Assembly: GCA_048881705.1 (NCBI GenBank)
Contig: JBHLSH010000007.1
Location: 13,198 to 77,197, forward strand
Source of the DNA: Candidatus Heimdallarchaeota archaeon
GTDB taxonomy: Archaea; Asgardarchaeota; Heimdallarchaeia; Hodarchaeales; Hodarchaeaceae
Length of the DNA stretch: 64,000 nucleotides
Direction: 5' to 3'
Shown here: piece by piece, positions 17,513 to 27,575 of the stretch
Numbering within the stretch: the stretch's first letter is position 1
Layout of the letters: every line of letters begins with the position of its first letter
The notes under the pieces: generated by a model
Databases searched by the model: none
The model's input: the letters and a program-made list of their open reading frames with translations, nothing else
What the model was told of the DNA's origin: nothing
Position numbers and translations under genes: made by a program

Positions 17513-18421
17513 TTGGTAACATTTCGGTATATCGCAAACAAGTTTTTTGCATCTTGGGCAACTAGAGGTGGCATTATTACAAATTTAGTGGCTACGGCGC
17601 TATTATCTCTAATATTGATAACCTTAAATGCTTTCTTCTGGGTAGGTCGTGTTATATTGCCTGAATCTGGATATAATCTTGATAATTTCGTAAATCTCCT
17701 CGGTATTCCCATTCTGGTTGTTTTGAGTCACTTTCTTTTTCTAGTGGGGATTATATATGATGCTGGAGAATGTGAAATACTTAAAACCGATACCATGGAG
17801 ATGAGAATTAAAATCGATTTTCAAAGTATAAGGAATAGGTTAGAAAAGCCTCTTTCTAACGGAAAGTTGGTTTTAATCAGCGCTCTTTATTTCCTGGGTT
17901 TTATTCTGTTTAATTTGGGGCAGGGCATCCACTCGGCTGCAGATTTTCTTAACTCTCGAGCTATGGATCTTGATATCAAGGCTCTTATGCCTGAATATTA
18001 TCGACAAGTATGGTTCCTCGATGAAGTGGTGGGGCATTGGTTTGCGTACACAGGCTTTTGGATAATGATCTTCGTATTGGGCTTCATGAATCTTCATATT
18101 CCCTCGAAGCGCAAAATGAATAAAACTATGTGGATCACGCTGGCTTTGACCACCCTTTCATTGGGCGGTATTTTATGGGTGTTTTTTGCTGTGGAGGGAG
18201 AATATGGATTTTGGGGTTTAGGGTTGGCCATAGTTTATATTAGCTTTTTTGGATTCGAACTAAGCCGCCTCCGCAGGAATTCTTCATATTCCGCTCAACA
18301 ATTTCCCGTTGTTTGGTTTTTAATCTTATTCTTTTTGCTTTCTATTGTTGCGCTATTAAGTCTGTTTATAATCAGTGGAGGAAAATTTATTCAACCATCA
18401 GATTTATTTAAGAGAGTTTGA
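17513..18421 (+). CDS. Polytopic (~7 TM) membrane protein, CLN6-like motifs
   Basis: About 7 hydrophobic segments, with polar intramembrane motifs GQGIHSAADFLNSR, WFLDEVVGHWFAY and FAVEG. Confidence 0.75.
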   Translation: MVTFRYIANKFFASWATRGGIITNLVATALLSLILITLNAFFWVGRVILPESGYNLDNFVNLLGIPILVVLSHFLFLVGIIYDAGECEILKTDTMEMRIKIDFQSIRNRLEKPLSNGKLVLISALYFLGFILFNLGQGIHSAADFLNSRAMDLDIKALMPEYYRQVWFLDEVVGHWFAYTGFWIMIFVLGFMNLHIPSKRKMNKTMWITLALTTLSLGGILWVFFAVEGEYGFWGLGLAIVYISFFGFELSRLRRNSSYSAQQFPVVWFLILFFLLSIVALLSLFIISGGKFIQPSDLFKRV

Positions 18422-18450
18422 TTACTAGCGGATAAAATGAGGCAGATAAA

Positions 18451-18939
18451 ATGACCTCGCGATCTCCCCAAATTGTTCTCTTAGGTCAAATTAGGAGCTC
18501 TTTAAACCTAATTACCCAAGTCATTGAAAAATGTCCACAACGGTATTGGTTTCACTCAAGGAACGAATGGTCGTTGTCTTGGGCCTTATACCATGTAATC
18601 GAGACATTGGATTTCTATTTGAGAGAAGATCCAAGAGGAATGGAGTGGGGAGACAGGATTGGAATAAAATGGGATTCGCAAACGCAAGATGAAATTCAGA
18701 ACGGAAAATCACAGATTACCAAGGATTTCCTAGCCGATTTTTTATTAGAAATTGAAGAAAAGGCCAGTCAAACGCTAAAATCCGTGACTGACATTGAACT
18801 ACTGTCTCAGGACGGGTTTAAATGGTTTGAAACTAGGCTTGAGAAATACATATATGCCATACGTCATACTGTGTTTCACATCGGGGAGTGTAATAAGGCC
18901 TTACGTGATAAGAATTCCCCACGCATTGAATGGCAATAA
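18451..18939 (+). CDS. DinB/YfiT family protein
   Basis: Four-helix size with His motifs ALYHVIE and AIRHTVFHIGE. Confidence 0.85.
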   Translation: MTSRSPQIVLLGQIRSSLNLITQVIEKCPQRYWFHSRNEWSLSWALYHVIETLDFYLREDPRGMEWGDRIGIKWDSQTQDEIQNGKSQITKDFLADFLLEIEEKASQTLKSVTDIELLSQDGFKWFETRLEKYIYAIRHTVFHIGECNKALRDKNSPRIEWQ

Positions 18940-18994
18940 TTATCGATTCCTAGACCTATAACGAGATCTTTTATTTTTTTCCTGGATTGGATTC

Positions 18995-21340
18995 CTAGAC
19001 TTGGGAGGGATCTTTTTGATGTATGCGCCAACCGTACTCGAGTTGTAAAGCATCAGATAGAATGCGTACATCTTCATCCGATAAACCCAAGTATTTTTTA
19101 AGTATTAGATCATCAATGACAGTTCTTATCCTGCTAGATGAGCCTACCGCGTCAATCGATGGAATTTCAACATTTCTAAAGCGCTGAACAGCAGAGACCA
19201 AATCCATGAAAATCGAGGACTGCAGGATAGGACGCGGATCCAGCACCAACATGTTACGCCATTCCCCCAAGGATATCTTTAGGGCTCCAAGGCCCAACGT
19301 TTTGGTGCCCAAAGTCTCTCTTAATAACATACCAAGAGTTGAATTAAGGAAAGCCAGTAAAATCAAGTTCCAATCTTGTTTTGAAGACCAAAAACCTATC
19401 CATTGCTTGTCTATGTGATATTTTCGATCGTTAAATCCTACGAAAGATCGCCTGTAAATCATATTTGGAAGAACTAGATCAGGTTGAAGTAGAGGAACAC
19501 GATACCAAGTAGAATGGGACTTATTACGAAAATATGGACGCAAAAGAACCTTTTCCTTAATTTCCGCAAGATATTGTGTTATAGGATGCCCAGGTGGAAC
19601 CTTTTCAAGGTCGAAGGATTCTACGGGCAAATAAAGCAGGTATTTGAGTTTTTTGGGAAGCGGTCCAAAGATATCATTCCATTCTCGCGGGGATTTGGTC
19701 ATGATCTTGAGAAACTTCTCAGGAATATCAAGATCCTTTACGTTTTTCCTAGAAAGATAAAAAAATTTGTTAACACCAGTTGTACTGCCCATTTTGACCT
19801 CACCAAGCTCCTCGAGTACACAAAATCTATCTTGATTCCTAAGTAATACCTTAATCAAGAGTATAGGATTCATTTCAAGATAATCTAACCGAGAAATAGG
19901 AAAAGCCTTCCGGCGGATTATTCTGCCCGCATCCGAGATATACGTCGATCTAAACGCGGATGTTTCGTGTCCTAGAATCGTTAAACTGCCATCTTCCCAC
20001 GTGAACTCGCCTGCTACCTGTTTTGTTAGGAAGAGAGAACTATCCAGGATGGGAATGTCAATAAACGTATCTTCAGCGTTTTTTTTCAAGATAATGGTTT
20101 GTAAAGGACGATCCTGAATGTTTGATTCGAGTTTTCTACCAATTACGATGTGAGTTTTGACCTGGGCGTGTTGCCATGATTCATAAGGCGTTTCGAGTAT
20201 CATAGACAATTGAAAGTCATCTAAAAATCTGCTTATCAGAGGCTGGGAAAATTGTGAGGAGAGCCATGATCGTGAAACGACCAAACCAAGTGTTCCGTTG
20301 TCAACCAACGAAGAGATAATTTTCAGCCAAAAATATACATATAAATCAGCTTTCTTGTCCCAAGAACGCACCTCTTTTGATAACTTGGCGATATTCTTTG
20401 TCAAATCAATTTTTGATTTTAGTCCATGATGGCGAACATATGGAGGATTTGTAACACAAATATCAAATTGTTCTGAGATGTCCTCCCTGATGAAATTCCT
20501 TACTTGTAATCGATCTGAGAACATATTCCATGATGAAAGGGTTTCTGAGTTATATTCCTTCTTAATAATTTCCAAATAGATCTTAAGCAGAGCAATCCTA
20601 GATAAAAATATACTTACTGGATCTATGTCGCATCCGTAAGTGTTCATCAAAACCCTCTTGATGAGGGAGATGCCTTCATTAGAAGATTTATCGTTTATGG
20701 GGTTTTTTTGGAGTAGTTCGATAATTAAGCTGACCATCTCGATTATAAAAAGCCCTACACCACAGCTGGGATCTAAAACCCTTATAACGCTTAATTTTTC
20801 CTTAATTCGTGTATATACATTTTTGCTTAAATTTGGGGGATATATTCCTTTAAAAACAAGATTGTAGGTCATTTTGCCGTCCAAGGGAAATCCATTAAGG
20901 TTAACCAGGTAGGTAAATAGCGTGGTACGACAGACCTTCCGTATCAAGCTGTTCGGGGTATGATAACTCCCCAATCCTTTTTTTTGTGAGGATGAACGTA
21001 TGTTTTCGTGAACACTGGCCAGATCATGATGATCTAGTTTGTTTTTTAGGCTTAATTCTTGAAAAATGATCCACCAATCTCTTGATTGACCTAAATAGGC
21101 CAGACAATTAGTGGAAATCTGCGCAGGCATCAGACTTAGCAGATGATCAATCTCTTTCGGTTTTTTATGCTGTTTTAGGACTTTTATAAGCAGATCGCGA
21201 CTTTTTAAATAGCTAGAACTTAGAGACGGGAACAAGAAGATTATCCCGATTGAGAAAAACACGAATTCTAATAAGGTTGGGATTTGAGGGAATTTTCGTT
21301 GGAGTCTAAACACGGCCTCTTTCGTTCCCTCAGTAAACAT
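18995..21340 (-). CDS. N6-adenine DNA methyltransferase (gamma class, Eco57I/TaqI-like) with C-terminal target-recognition domain
   Basis: Motif X GSYHTP, motif I VLDPSCGVGLF, YGCDIDP, motif IV NPPY, ADLYVYF, and TRD-like LEELGEVKMG..TG.NKFFYL. Confidence 0.9.
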   Translation of the reverse strand: MFTEGTKEAVFRLQRKFPQIPTLLEFVFFSIGIIFLFPSLSSSYLKSRDLLIKVLKQHKKPKEIDHLLSLMPAQISTNCLAYLGQSRDWWIIFQELSLKNKLDHHDLASVHENIRSSSQKKGLGSYHTPNSLIRKVCRTTLFTYLVNLNGFPLDGKMTYNLVFKGIYPPNLSKNVYTRIKEKLSVIRVLDPSCGVGLFIIEMVSLIIELLQKNPINDKSSNEGISLIKRVLMNTYGCDIDPVSIFLSRIALLKIYLEIIKKEYNSETLSSWNMFSDRLQVRNFIREDISEQFDICVTNPPYVRHHGLKSKIDLTKNIAKLSKEVRSWDKKADLYVYFWLKIISSLVDNGTLGLVVSRSWLSSQFSQPLISRFLDDFQLSMILETPYESWQHAQVKTHIVIGRKLESNIQDRPLQTIILKKNAEDTFIDIPILDSSLFLTKQVAGEFTWEDGSLTILGHETSAFRSTYISDAGRIIRRKAFPISRLDYLEMNPILLIKVLLRNQDRFCVLEELGEVKMGSTTGVNKFFYLSRKNVKDLDIPEKFLKIMTKSPREWNDIFGPLPKKLKYLLYLPVESFDLEKVPPGHPITQYLAEIKEKVLLRPYFRNKSHSTWYRVPLLQPDLVLPNMIYRRSFVGFNDRKYHIDKQWIGFWSSKQDWNLILLAFLNSTLGMLLRETLGTKTLGLGALKISLGEWRNMLVLDPRPILQSSIFMDLVSAVQRFRNVEIPSIDAVGSSSRIRTVIDDLILKKYLGLSDEDVRILSDALQLEYGWRIHQKDPSQV

Positions 21341-21351
21341 TTCCGAGACAC

Positions 21352-22119
21352 CTAGGTATGAGCAACTGCAATCATATCGGTTGATCTTTGGGGATCAAAT
21401 TCTTCAGATCTGTAACTTCCATAGAATTCTATTTGTCCAAATCCTGCTTTTTTAAGGATATTAAACATACCCTGCCGCGTAATTCGAGGAATCGTTGTGG
21501 GCCCCATTGAACTAAATGCCCAGCTCTTCTCATTGTTTGGACGGAATAGGGTTAAAATCTGCGGAATAATATACTCCAAAGTGGTTCGGAATTCTCTTAG
21601 GAATATATATTCTCCCTCCCTGGTTCGTACGGACCTCGGTGTTGACCAGCCATTCCGTTCTTTTTCCATATTTAGGATTTGGAAGATCAATAATCCGTTT
21701 GGTCTTTTCAATAAGGAATGAATCCTATAGATAATTAGTTCATAGACATAAGATGTAGCAATTAATCCAACCGTGTTTCCAAGACTAATTATTGCATCAA
21801 ATGACCTATTTCTGAGTATATTTAGATCCATTAAGTCACCACTAACTAATTCAGCCTTGGAAGCCCTTGTTTTCGCTTCCTCTATCATTGAAGGATTGAT
21901 ATCAATTCCTGTCACACAATAACGATTTTGGAGTCTTTCTGTGTGTCTACCTGTCCCGCATCCTATTTCCAAAATTGAATGGATCTTTGGAGAATTTCTA
22001 TTTGCAATTTCGGATATAAAATTTATTTCAGGAGAAATTCGCTTTTCCCAGTCAATAAGAAGATCGTAATGTTTTCCGTCAGCCAAAAAATCAGAATTCA
22101 TGTCTAAAACTCCTTGCAA
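21352..22119 (-). CDS. Class I SAM-dependent methyltransferase (small-molecule type)
   Basis: ILEIGCGTGRH, VTGIDIN, FDAIISLGNT. It resembles the glycine/sarcosine N-methyltransferase-like group. Confidence 0.9.
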   Translation of the reverse strand: MQGVLDMNSDFLADGKHYDLLIDWEKRISPEINFISEIANRNSPKIHSILEIGCGTGRHTERLQNRYCVTGIDINPSMIEEAKTRASKAELVSGDLMDLNILRNRSFDAIISLGNTVGLIATSYVYELIIYRIHSLLKRPNGLLIFQILNMEKERNGWSTPRSVRTREGEYIFLREFRTTLEYIIPQILTLFRPNNEKSWAFSSMGPTTIPRITRQGMFNILKKAGFGQIEFYGSYRSEEFDPQRSTDMIAVAHT

Positions 22120-22218
22120 GGACCAATCAATATGGATTTTTAATAAATCTCTGTTCTTCCCTAAAATCTCAACGGATCCAAAATCTGCAGAAAAAAAACT
22201 TCTGAAAATGATTATTAT

Positions 22219-23022
22219 TTGTTAACGGGAATTATAGTGTACTCTGAACAATTAGAGACTGCTGTAACGGCAGCTAAGGACGCCGGCAAGCTTATAAGCC
22301 ATCTGTTTGGGAAGACCCAAAAATCCTACAAACTCGATGGAAGTATCATAACAGAGGCGGACATAGAATCAGATAGCTTAATCAAAAAGACTCTTACCAA
22401 CGCATTTCCAGATCATTCAGTTTTTAGCGAAGAAGGCGAAAAAATAATAAGAAACCCCGATCATTTGTGGGTAGTTGATCCATTAGATGGAACTACAAAT
22501 TACTCAGTAAAAATCCCTTATTTCGCAGTTTCTATCGCCTATTATTTTAAATCTATATTGAGGATCGGAGTTGTTTTCGCTCCGATCTTGAATGAAATAT
22601 TTGTAGCAGAGAATAAGGCGGGAGCAACACTCAATGGTAATCCTATCGGGGTAGATATGGACTCTCCACTTGAAAACGCCTTTATAAGTTTTGAGAATGG
22701 ACGTGATCAGACTTCAAGGCGCAAAGTTACTCGAATTTACTCCAAGTTGAAACTAATTAACAATAAAATACGGCAAGTAGGTGCTGTGTCCTTAGACCTG
22801 TGTAACGTCGCCGCTGGGAGATTCGGAGCGTTTATCATGCCTGGTAGCAATACTTGGGACATAGCCGCAGGGATTCTAATTGTGGAAGAAGCAGGAGGGA
22901 TTGTTACTGATTTTAAAAACCAGGTTTTAACGGAAAAATCCTCATCGATATTGGCAGCAAGTCCTTCAATTCACGAGAGGCTTTATGAGATCATTAATGT
23001 GGACAACGGAAAGAATATATAA
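22219..23022 (+). CDS. suhB: Inositol monophosphatase family protein
   Basis: TEAD, SEE, WVVDPLDGTTNY, WDIAAG..IV.EAGG. Confidence 0.93.
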   Translation: MLTGIIVYSEQLETAVTAAKDAGKLISHLFGKTQKSYKLDGSIITEADIESDSLIKKTLTNAFPDHSVFSEEGEKIIRNPDHLWVVDPLDGTTNYSVKIPYFAVSIAYYFKSILRIGVVFAPILNEIFVAENKAGATLNGNPIGVDMDSPLENAFISFENGRDQTSRRKVTRIYSKLKLINNKIRQVGAVSLDLCNVAAGRFGAFIMPGSNTWDIAAGILIVEEAGGIVTDFKNQVLTEKSSSILAASPSIHERLYEIINVDNGKNI

Positions 23023-23271
23023 TTATACCTTAATAACATGAAAAACCTGTATTATGTCGGCAATAAAACCTTATTCCTATATTGTAACAGTCCCTCTCTT
23101 TTTCTTCCTTAGACTACGAGATATTGTCCATCGTATTATCTACGTTTATAAAGGCATAATTATTTGGCAAGAGTTATATAGATTCAGAGGTAGGTATTAA
23201 GGGCCCATACTAGAGAGTCTGATAAAAGAATAGGGTTTCTAGTAGAGACTTAACGGAGATCTGAATTATAA

Positions 23272-23601
23272 ATGTCATTTGAAATGTTTTTTCGCGAGTT
23301 AGAGAGTGTTAAGCCTCCTAAAACTTCTCAACTTCTCTGTAAGTGTCAGGATCAAGGCAAGGGTGAAGTATGGATAAGTCCCAGCGGAAGTGTGGTATTT
23401 TCCGATCCATGTTCTAAAGATAATCCATGCTATATTATTTGTTGTGATTCTAAACGGTTTTCGACCAGTGGAAAACCAGGAAAAACCCCTCCACAGCTAT
23501 CTAGGACAACGGAGGAGAAGCAAGAGGAAACAAGGCGATTCTTGGAACGGCTATTCTGTGTGCCTCCGCATACTAGAGACAATCTTAGCGGCGGATATTA
23601 A
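23272..23601 (+). CDS. 109-aa Cys-rich hypothetical protein
   Basis: ATG-started ORF with CKC, C...C...CC, filling the gap between convergent genes. No family recognised. Confidence 0.6.
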   Translation: MSFEMFFRELESVKPPKTSQLLCKCQDQGKGEVWISPSGSVVFSDPCSKDNPCYIICCDSKRFSTSGKPGKTPPQLSRTTEEKQEETRRFLERLFCVPPHTRDNLSGGY

Positions 23602-23609
23602 TCTTGATT

Positions 23610-23633
23610 TATCTGGATGATTGGATCCAGATA
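23610..23633. terminator. 9-bp-stem hairpin between convergent genes
   Basis: TATCTGGAT-GATTGG-ATCCAGATA lies between the stops at 23601 (+) and 23641 (-). Confidence 0.4.
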
Positions 23634-23640
23634 GATGTAG

Positions 23641-24831
23641 TTAATCACGGCCTATCAATACAGCCATCCCCAACCCGCCACCGCCGCATAGAGTCGCAAG
23701 GCCTAGGTTTTTTTGCCTTTTCTGCATTTCATGGATTAATGTAACGATTATCCTGGTGCCTGTTGCACCAACAGGATGCCCTAGTCCGATACCAGAGCCA
23801 TTGACATTGCAAATTTCACGATCCAGACCTAGAGAGCGCTCAGTTGCCAAATAAGTTGCAGCAAATGCTTCGTTTACTTCAATAAGCTCGACGTCATCTA
23901 ATTTCTTTTCTTTTTCCTTAGAAAACAGTTTTTCTACCGCGGGTACAGGGCCGATCCCCATGCGATCTGGAGAAACTCCGCCAATCCCATATCCTTCAAT
24001 TTTAGCAATGGGTTCTAATCCCCGCTGATCAGCTTCCGTCTGACTCATTAGTATAAGTGCAGCAGCTCCATCATTGATGCCACTTGAGTTTCCAGCCGTT
24101 ACAATACCGTCCTTTTTGAATACTGGCGGCATTGCAGCAAGCTCTTCTAATGAAAGATCCCGAGGATGTTCATCCTTGTTAAAAATGATTTTTTTCCCTT
24201 CTTTTAGGATCTCAATCGCGGTTATCTCCATTTCGAACTTCCCCTTCCGACTGGCGTTGAGCGCATTCTTGTGAGAACGGTGAGCTATTATATCCAGTTC
24301 TTCACGGGTTAATCTGAATTCCTTAGCCAAGATCTCAGCTGTTAAACCCATGAGCTTATCACCGCCCGCTTGAAGTCCCGCCATCACTCCATCTACAATC
24401 TTCCTATCGAAATATCTAGAACCCCATCTCATATCATACAAGAGGTACGGAATTGTGGACATACTTTCGACGCCCCCAGCTAGGATAATTTCCGTTTGGT
24501 CATCTGCTTGAATTTGATGCATACCTGATACAACCGCTTCCATGGCAGATGTACATACTCTGTTTATTGTTACTGCAGGAATCTCTTCCGGGATCCCGGC
24601 CTTTAAAGCGGCAACGCGACTTACATTCATATAGCGATTATCTTCAACGCAACACCCAAATCGAACGTCATCAATGAGATTTTCGAACCCAGTTATACCT
24701 AAATGATCGATAGCCGCTCTCATAGTATGAGCGGCAAGATCTGGAGCGTGTAGGTCTCTTAAGGTACCTCCGTATTTTCCAATAGGGGATCGGGTAGCCG
24801 AGACTATAACCACATCATCTAGTTGTGTCAT
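23641..24831 (-). CDS. atoB: Acetyl-CoA C-acetyltransferase (thiolase)
   Basis: NRVCTSAM (nucleophile Cys), GNSSGINDGAAA, NEAFA, GHPVGATG, LCGGGG. Confidence 0.96.
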   Translation of the reverse strand: MTQLDDVVIVSATRSPIGKYGGTLRDLHAPDLAAHTMRAAIDHLGITGFENLIDDVRFGCCVEDNRYMNVSRVAALKAGIPEEIPAVTINRVCTSAMEAVVSGMHQIQADDQTEIILAGGVESMSTIPYLLYDMRWGSRYFDRKIVDGVMAGLQAGGDKLMGLTAEILAKEFRLTREELDIIAHRSHKNALNASRKGKFEMEITAIEILKEGKKIIFNKDEHPRDLSLEELAAMPPVFKKDGIVTAGNSSGINDGAAALILMSQTEADQRGLEPIAKIEGYGIGGVSPDRMGIGPVPAVEKLFSKEKEKKLDDVELIEVNEAFAATYLATERSLGLDREICNVNGSGIGLGHPVGATGTRIIVTLIHEMQKRQKNLGLATLCGGGGLGMAVLIGRD

Positions 24832-24890
24832 TGAAGGTCCTCGAATGGTAGGAAGTTAGAGGTAAAGAAAACTTTACCCGCCATATTTAA

Positions 24891-25349
24891 CTACTTACCT
24901 CTAGCTTTATTACTAACTCCTAAAACTGCCGCTATAGCAGGGGCCAAAGCTTGACCTAATCCGTATATGAACGAAAAAACTAAGATATCTAGGTCGAAAG
25001 AGACCGTACTACCCCGGATTATTAGATCAACTATGCCTCCAATTAACATCCCTACTCCTGCTATAATCCAGAGAATTAAGAAGAACAAAGATATAAGTCC
25101 AACCTTTTCTCCTTCTTCCAGCCAGCGAGTACTGCCAAAATAAACAACTACACACAGTATCCACCAAGTGATGGCGTAAACTAGGCTTAACACGCTGTTC
25201 AGGGTAAAAGGAGGAGGAATGGTTGCTGTTGCCAGCAAATTAGTCAATTCCCTGTTCAAAATTTGATAAACAATATATCCAACTATTACAAAAATGAATG
25301 TACCAAAATATACGATTGCTCGTTCAGATCCTTTCATTTTGATCACCAA
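24891..25349 (-). CDS. Hypothetical 4-TM membrane protein
   Basis: Four hydrophobic segments. No family recognised. Confidence 0.75.
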   Translation of the reverse strand: MVIKMKGSERAIVYFGTFIFVIVGYIVYQILNRELTNLLATATIPPPFTLNSVLSLVYAITWWILCVVVYFGSTRWLEEGEKVGLISLFFLILWIIAGVGMLIGGIVDLIIRGSTVSFDLDILVFSFIYGLGQALAPAIAAVLGVSNKARGK

Positions 25350-25618
25350 TATAATAATAACGGTTTAATTCTTGTTTAATATTCCAAAAGCTGTCAATAG
25401 ATTAAAATCACGAAGTAAATATTGGGTATAGGGTATTGTTTTTAATATTTCTTGAATTCCATTTCCCGTCTTTAGAGTATGGGTTCTGAGAATATTTGGG
25501 GGATTATAGGATATTGTTAAAAAAGTATGGAGGAAGTGTAATTAACATTCCACTTTCTTCCCCCTAGGGAGAAATTTCGGCTGGGTTCGCCTTACGGGGT
25601 AGATGGGTGGTGATTTAC

Positions 25619-26008
25619 ATGCTCGAAGATGACGCTGAAATAATGGATAGGCTCCAAGAGATTGAACGTATTCTCAGAGATGTTCAGTCCCGTATTCCAG
25701 ATCTGGAAGGATTGGCCGTTGTAACACGAGACGGATTACCAATCGCCAGCGCTTTGTATACATCTACAGATGAAGATCGAATCTCAGCCATGACTGCAGC
25801 AAGCTTGTCACTCTCAGAACGAGTAGTTATAGAGTTAGAACGGGGAGCAATGGAACAAGTAATTATAACGGGATCTAATGGTTTGGTTATTATCCGAGAT
25901 GCAGGAGAACATGCGGTATTAGTAGGTATAGCCCGAGTGGATGCTAAGTTAGGCTTAGTGTTACTAGACATGAAACGTGCCGCAAATAAGCTATCAGCAA
26001 TGATTTGA
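25619..26008 (+). CDS. Roadblock/LC7 (MglB/LAMTOR-like) domain protein
   Basis: LEGLAVVTRDGLPIAS, DEDRISAMTAA.LSLSER...EL.RG.MEQVII.G.NG.V, KLGLVLLDMKRAA. GGTGA SD precedes the ATG at 25619 (ORF track start 25607). Confidence 0.95.
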   Translation: MLEDDAEIMDRLQEIERILRDVQSRIPDLEGLAVVTRDGLPIASALYTSTDEDRISAMTAASLSLSERVVIELERGAMEQVIITGSNGLVIIRDAGEHAVLVGIARVDAKLGLVLLDMKRAANKLSAMI

Positions 26009-26315
26009 TGAGCTACCGTCTCTCTTTATCCAAAAGCCTGCTTTTCCTGATTTAGAACTTACCCACATGCTAATCTGGTTATACGGCTTATATGAGATTA
26101 TACCTATCTCTTCTTTACCGAGGCTGAGGATTTTCTAATATAGCGTTTTTTAAAAGAGATTCAGATTCCCTAGCTTTCGAATGAATATTTCCGTAACAAT
26201 TTAGACCAGACGGAAAAGATAATTTGAACTAGCAGTTGAGTGAATTCCTAATATCCATCCCAAGGTCGACACAGATTCGATTGAGAAATTCTGTTCTTCT
26301 ATCAGGATGAAAATC

Positions 26316-27575
26316 CTAACCAACACGTTCCAGTAGAACACTCTCAATTGTGACCGGTCTCATCTTTGCAATCATTCCCTGAACTTCATCAAGAGATTTG
26401 CTAGAACTACCATACACGCGAAACACTTCTTCTCCTTTTTTTACTGACTCTTTTTTAACGCAAATTTCGATGCCAGCCAATGGATCCGCAGGAGCCCCAG
26501 CAGTTCGGGCAATTTCTTTAAGAGCATAGTTGGACCATGCTACGGGCCATCCATCTGACGGCGCTTTAAACTTGAGAACTGGTTTATCTATTAATCGCTC
26601 CCTGAGCATTTCAGGAGTAATATTTGGATTTCCTCCTTGGTTTTCAATAATTTCTCGCATTTTATTTAATGCCTTGCCCGATCTGAGCAGATCAGATGCA
26701 TGGTTCTTTCCTAGTCCACGTGGAGTTAAACCTGCCAACTCGAAGACAATTCCTGCTAGTTCACAGCTTTTTTCAACCAATGAAGTGGGGCCTCTTCCCT
26801 CCAAGGCAGAAAGAGCTTCTGCTGCTTCAAGTAATGGACCGATAGTATGGCCCACAGGAACGCGTGCGTACGTGAGGCCCGCTTCAGCCTTGATATTTAG
26901 CCGACTAGCAATATCTACAAACTTTCTTCCTAAGGCGCGTCCACTGTCTTCCGAGGCTACCTTGTCGGTGCCTATTGGAATATCCAAAACCATAAATTGG
27001 ACACCCATTGCGATCTTTTTTGCCAAGATTCCGGCCATAAACAGGCTTTCAGGATCAATCCCCAATTGGAATGCAGAACTCTTGATGATTTTATCGACGG
27101 CAGGAGCAATTCCCATTCGGTCGCCTGAGACGATACACCCTTTAGTTCGCTTGACTAGGTCAATTACCTCATCTGGATTAAATTCAATTGGAGCAAGAAC
27201 GTGCATGGTATCAGCAGTACCGCTTGCCGATGTAATGGCGTGGGTAGACGCCTTTGGGGTGAGTAAGCCTGCCGCTGCAAGTATAGGAACAATTAACAAG
27301 GTTATTTTGTTGCCTGGTACACCACCCACGCTGTGTTTTGAATAACAAGGAAGTTCAAAATCCAGAATTTGACCACTTTCTGCGAAAGAGCGCGCCATGG
27401 CCTCAATCTCGTCCAGTTTCCATTTTGTGTAATGTTGACTAAGGATGAAGGCGGAACTATGTTGAGGCGATATTACTTCATTCATAAACCCCGCTGTAAT
27501 CTTGTCAAGGTCATCTTTGGAAAATTCTCGACCAACTTTTACTTTCTCGCTTATTAGGCGCTCTATAGCATTCAG
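26316..27575 (-). CDS. AMP phosphorylase paralog lacking the N-terminal domain; start uncertain
   Basis: KHSVGGVPGNK, AITSASGTAD, GIDP, KK.AMG..F..LDIP. Homology continues about 30 in-frame codons upstream of the ORF-track ATG (27485) with no ATG/GTG/TTG. CTG at 27575 follows AGGAGAAGGA. Confidence 0.85.
   Translation of the reverse strand: MNAIERLISEKVKVGREFSKDDLDKITAGFMNEVISPQHSSAFILSQHYTKWKLDEIEAMARSFAESGQILDFELPCYSKHSVGGVPGNKITLLIVPILAAAGLLTPKASTHAITSASGTADTMHVLAPIEFNPDEVIDLVKRTKGCIVSGDRMGIAPAVDKIIKSSAFQLGIDPESLFMAGILAKKIAMGVQFMVLDIPIGTDKVASEDSGRALGRKFVDIASRLNIKAEAGLTYARVPVGHTIGPLLEAAEALSALEGRGPTSLVEKSCELAGIVFELAGLTPRGLGKNHASDLLRSGKALNKMREIIENQGGNPNITPEMLRERLIDKPVLKFKAPSDGWPVAWSNYALKEIARTAGAPADPLAGIEICVKKESVKKGEEVFRVYGSSSKSLDEVQGMIAKMRPVTIESVLLERVG

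Noticed and set aside
26530-27345. Long antisense ORFs (271 aa here; also 1534-2154, 5649-6137, 29310-29849, 57205-57897)
   Set aside because: They lie fully opposite well-supported genes and have Ser/Pro/Ile-rich shadow composition.
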